From the NCBI GenBank assembly GCA_964228845.1, contig CAXRCQ010000321.1:1-33866 (forward strand): DNA of 33,866 nucleotides, written 5' to 3'. Origin of the DNA: Blastomonas sp. (GTDB taxonomy: Bacteria > Pseudomonadota > Alphaproteobacteria > Sphingomonadales > Sphingomonadaceae). Each line of letters begins with the position of its first letter. Within the stretch, counting starts at the first letter, position 1. Position numbers and translations under genes: made by a program. Positions 33,177 through 33,866 of the stretch are shown piece after piece. The notes under the pieces are model-generated. The model was not told the DNA's origin. It worked only from the letters and a program-made list of their open reading frames with translations, and searched no databases.

Positions 33177-33866
33177 TCAGAAGCGACCGCGCAGGGTGAT
33201 TCCATAGGTGCGCGGTTCGCCCAGGAAGGCCGAGAAGATCTGGCGGCCACCGGGGAACTGCGGATCGACAAACGGTGCCGAACTGGTGCCGGCCTGGAAC
33301 GGCGTATTGATCGCGACCTGGGTGAAGTCCTCGTTGAACAGGTTCTGCGCCCAGAGCTCGATCGCCCAGGCCTGGTCGGGTCCGCGCAGGCCGACACGGG
33401 CGTTGACCACCACGAAGCTCGGCTGTTCCTTTTGCGGGAAGAGGTCAGATCCGGTGTTGAACGCATCGGTGACGCGGCTGTCGACATAGACCAGGCCGGA
33501 AAGGCCGCTATCGCCGATATCGGGGGTCCAGGCCATCGATCCGGTCAGCGTCAGTTCGGGGGCGTTTGACAGATTGTCACCCGGCAGCAGGCGCAGCGCC
33601 GGATCGAGCGGGGCACCGTTGCGGTTGCCGATCAGGTTGTTGCGATAGCTGGTATCGGCATAGGTGACGCCGCCATTGACCGTGAAGGTCCGCGACGGGC
33701 GGATCGAGGCTTCAAGCTCGACGCCCTGGGCGACAACGCCATAGGTGACGTCGCCACGCGCACAGCCGCCGGTCGCCGCGCTGAGATCGCGATCGGCGCC
33801 GTTGAGGTCGGTCTTGCAGCCATTGACCGTCTGCACCAGGAAGACGGTGCCGTGGAAGGGGTTGAG
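33177..33866 (-). CDS. TonB-dependent receptor, C-terminal part (5' end outside window)
   Basis: GVELE, NAPELT, VNARVG, WAQNLFNE, GEPRTYGITLRGRF with terminal Phe. Confidence 0.92.
   Translation of the reverse strand, partial: LNPFHGTVFLVQTVNGCKTDLNGADRDLSAATGGCARGDVTYGVVAQGVELEASIRPSRTFTVNGGVTYADTSYRNNLIGNRNGAPLDPALRLLPGDNLSNAPELTLTGSMAWTPDIGDSGLSGLVYVDSRVTDAFNTGSDLFPQKEQPSFVVVNARVGLRGPDQAWAIELWAQNLFNEDFTQVAINTPFQAGTSSAPFVDPQFPGGRQIFSAFLGEPRTYGITLRGRF

Noticed and set aside
90-33569. Many long overlapping or antisense ORFs (e.g. 90-1340, 2398-3600, 5326-7227, 8165-9736, 13879-16044, 22054-23421, 23424-24776, 30725-32293)
   Set aside because: Shadow frames of well-supported genes, expected in high-GC DNA; no recognisable motifs
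33851-33866. Unusual residues (LNPFHG) at the window edge of the TBDR fragment
   Set aside because: May be low-quality contig-end bases; cannot be interpreted without reads

Overview
High-GC alphaproteobacterial DNA, most likely Sphingomonadales, judged from gene content, synteny and promoter style. Housekeeping flanks enclose a ~25 kb general-stress/desiccation cluster (~4.8-30.2 kb). Left flank: TonB-C domain protein, enoyl-CoA hydratase, acyl-CoA dehydrogenase with a LiuR-type operator, thioesterase, DedA/YqaA. Right flank: UDG family-6 glycosylase, tRNA-Gln(CTG), ppx/gppA, rlmE, 3' end of a TonB-dependent receptor. The cluster holds a PRC-barrel protein, cNMP-patatin, DUF202, SemiSWEET, MscS, two Crp/Fnr-family regulators with a V(H/Y)VNR recognition helix, a G/Q/Y-rich prion-like protein, an SDR, a ZIP transporter, Mn catalase, a glycosyltransferase-Glf fusion with a GH5-like hydrolase, CinA, two hemerythrin-like proteins, topoisomerase IB, otsB-GH15-otsA, a DUF4142 lipoprotein, a FATGUY-type receiver, a PAS-HWE kinase with a degenerate ATP site, SRPBCC, a Zn-ADH and PLDc_N. 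The main new signal is non-coding. A 14-bp quasi-palindrome (YYnAC-CYAT-GTnAn) lies exactly 22 nt upstream of a -10-like hexamer in six promoters, the class II (-41.5) Crp/Fnr geometry, suggesting a local, apparently uncharacterised Crp/Fnr regulon. The mscS and trehalose operons instead carry EcfG-type promoters, and five leaders begin with GC-stem hairpins that have C-rich loops. No CRISPR array, integrase or transposase was seen. All calls come from reading the sequence by eye; no searches were run.
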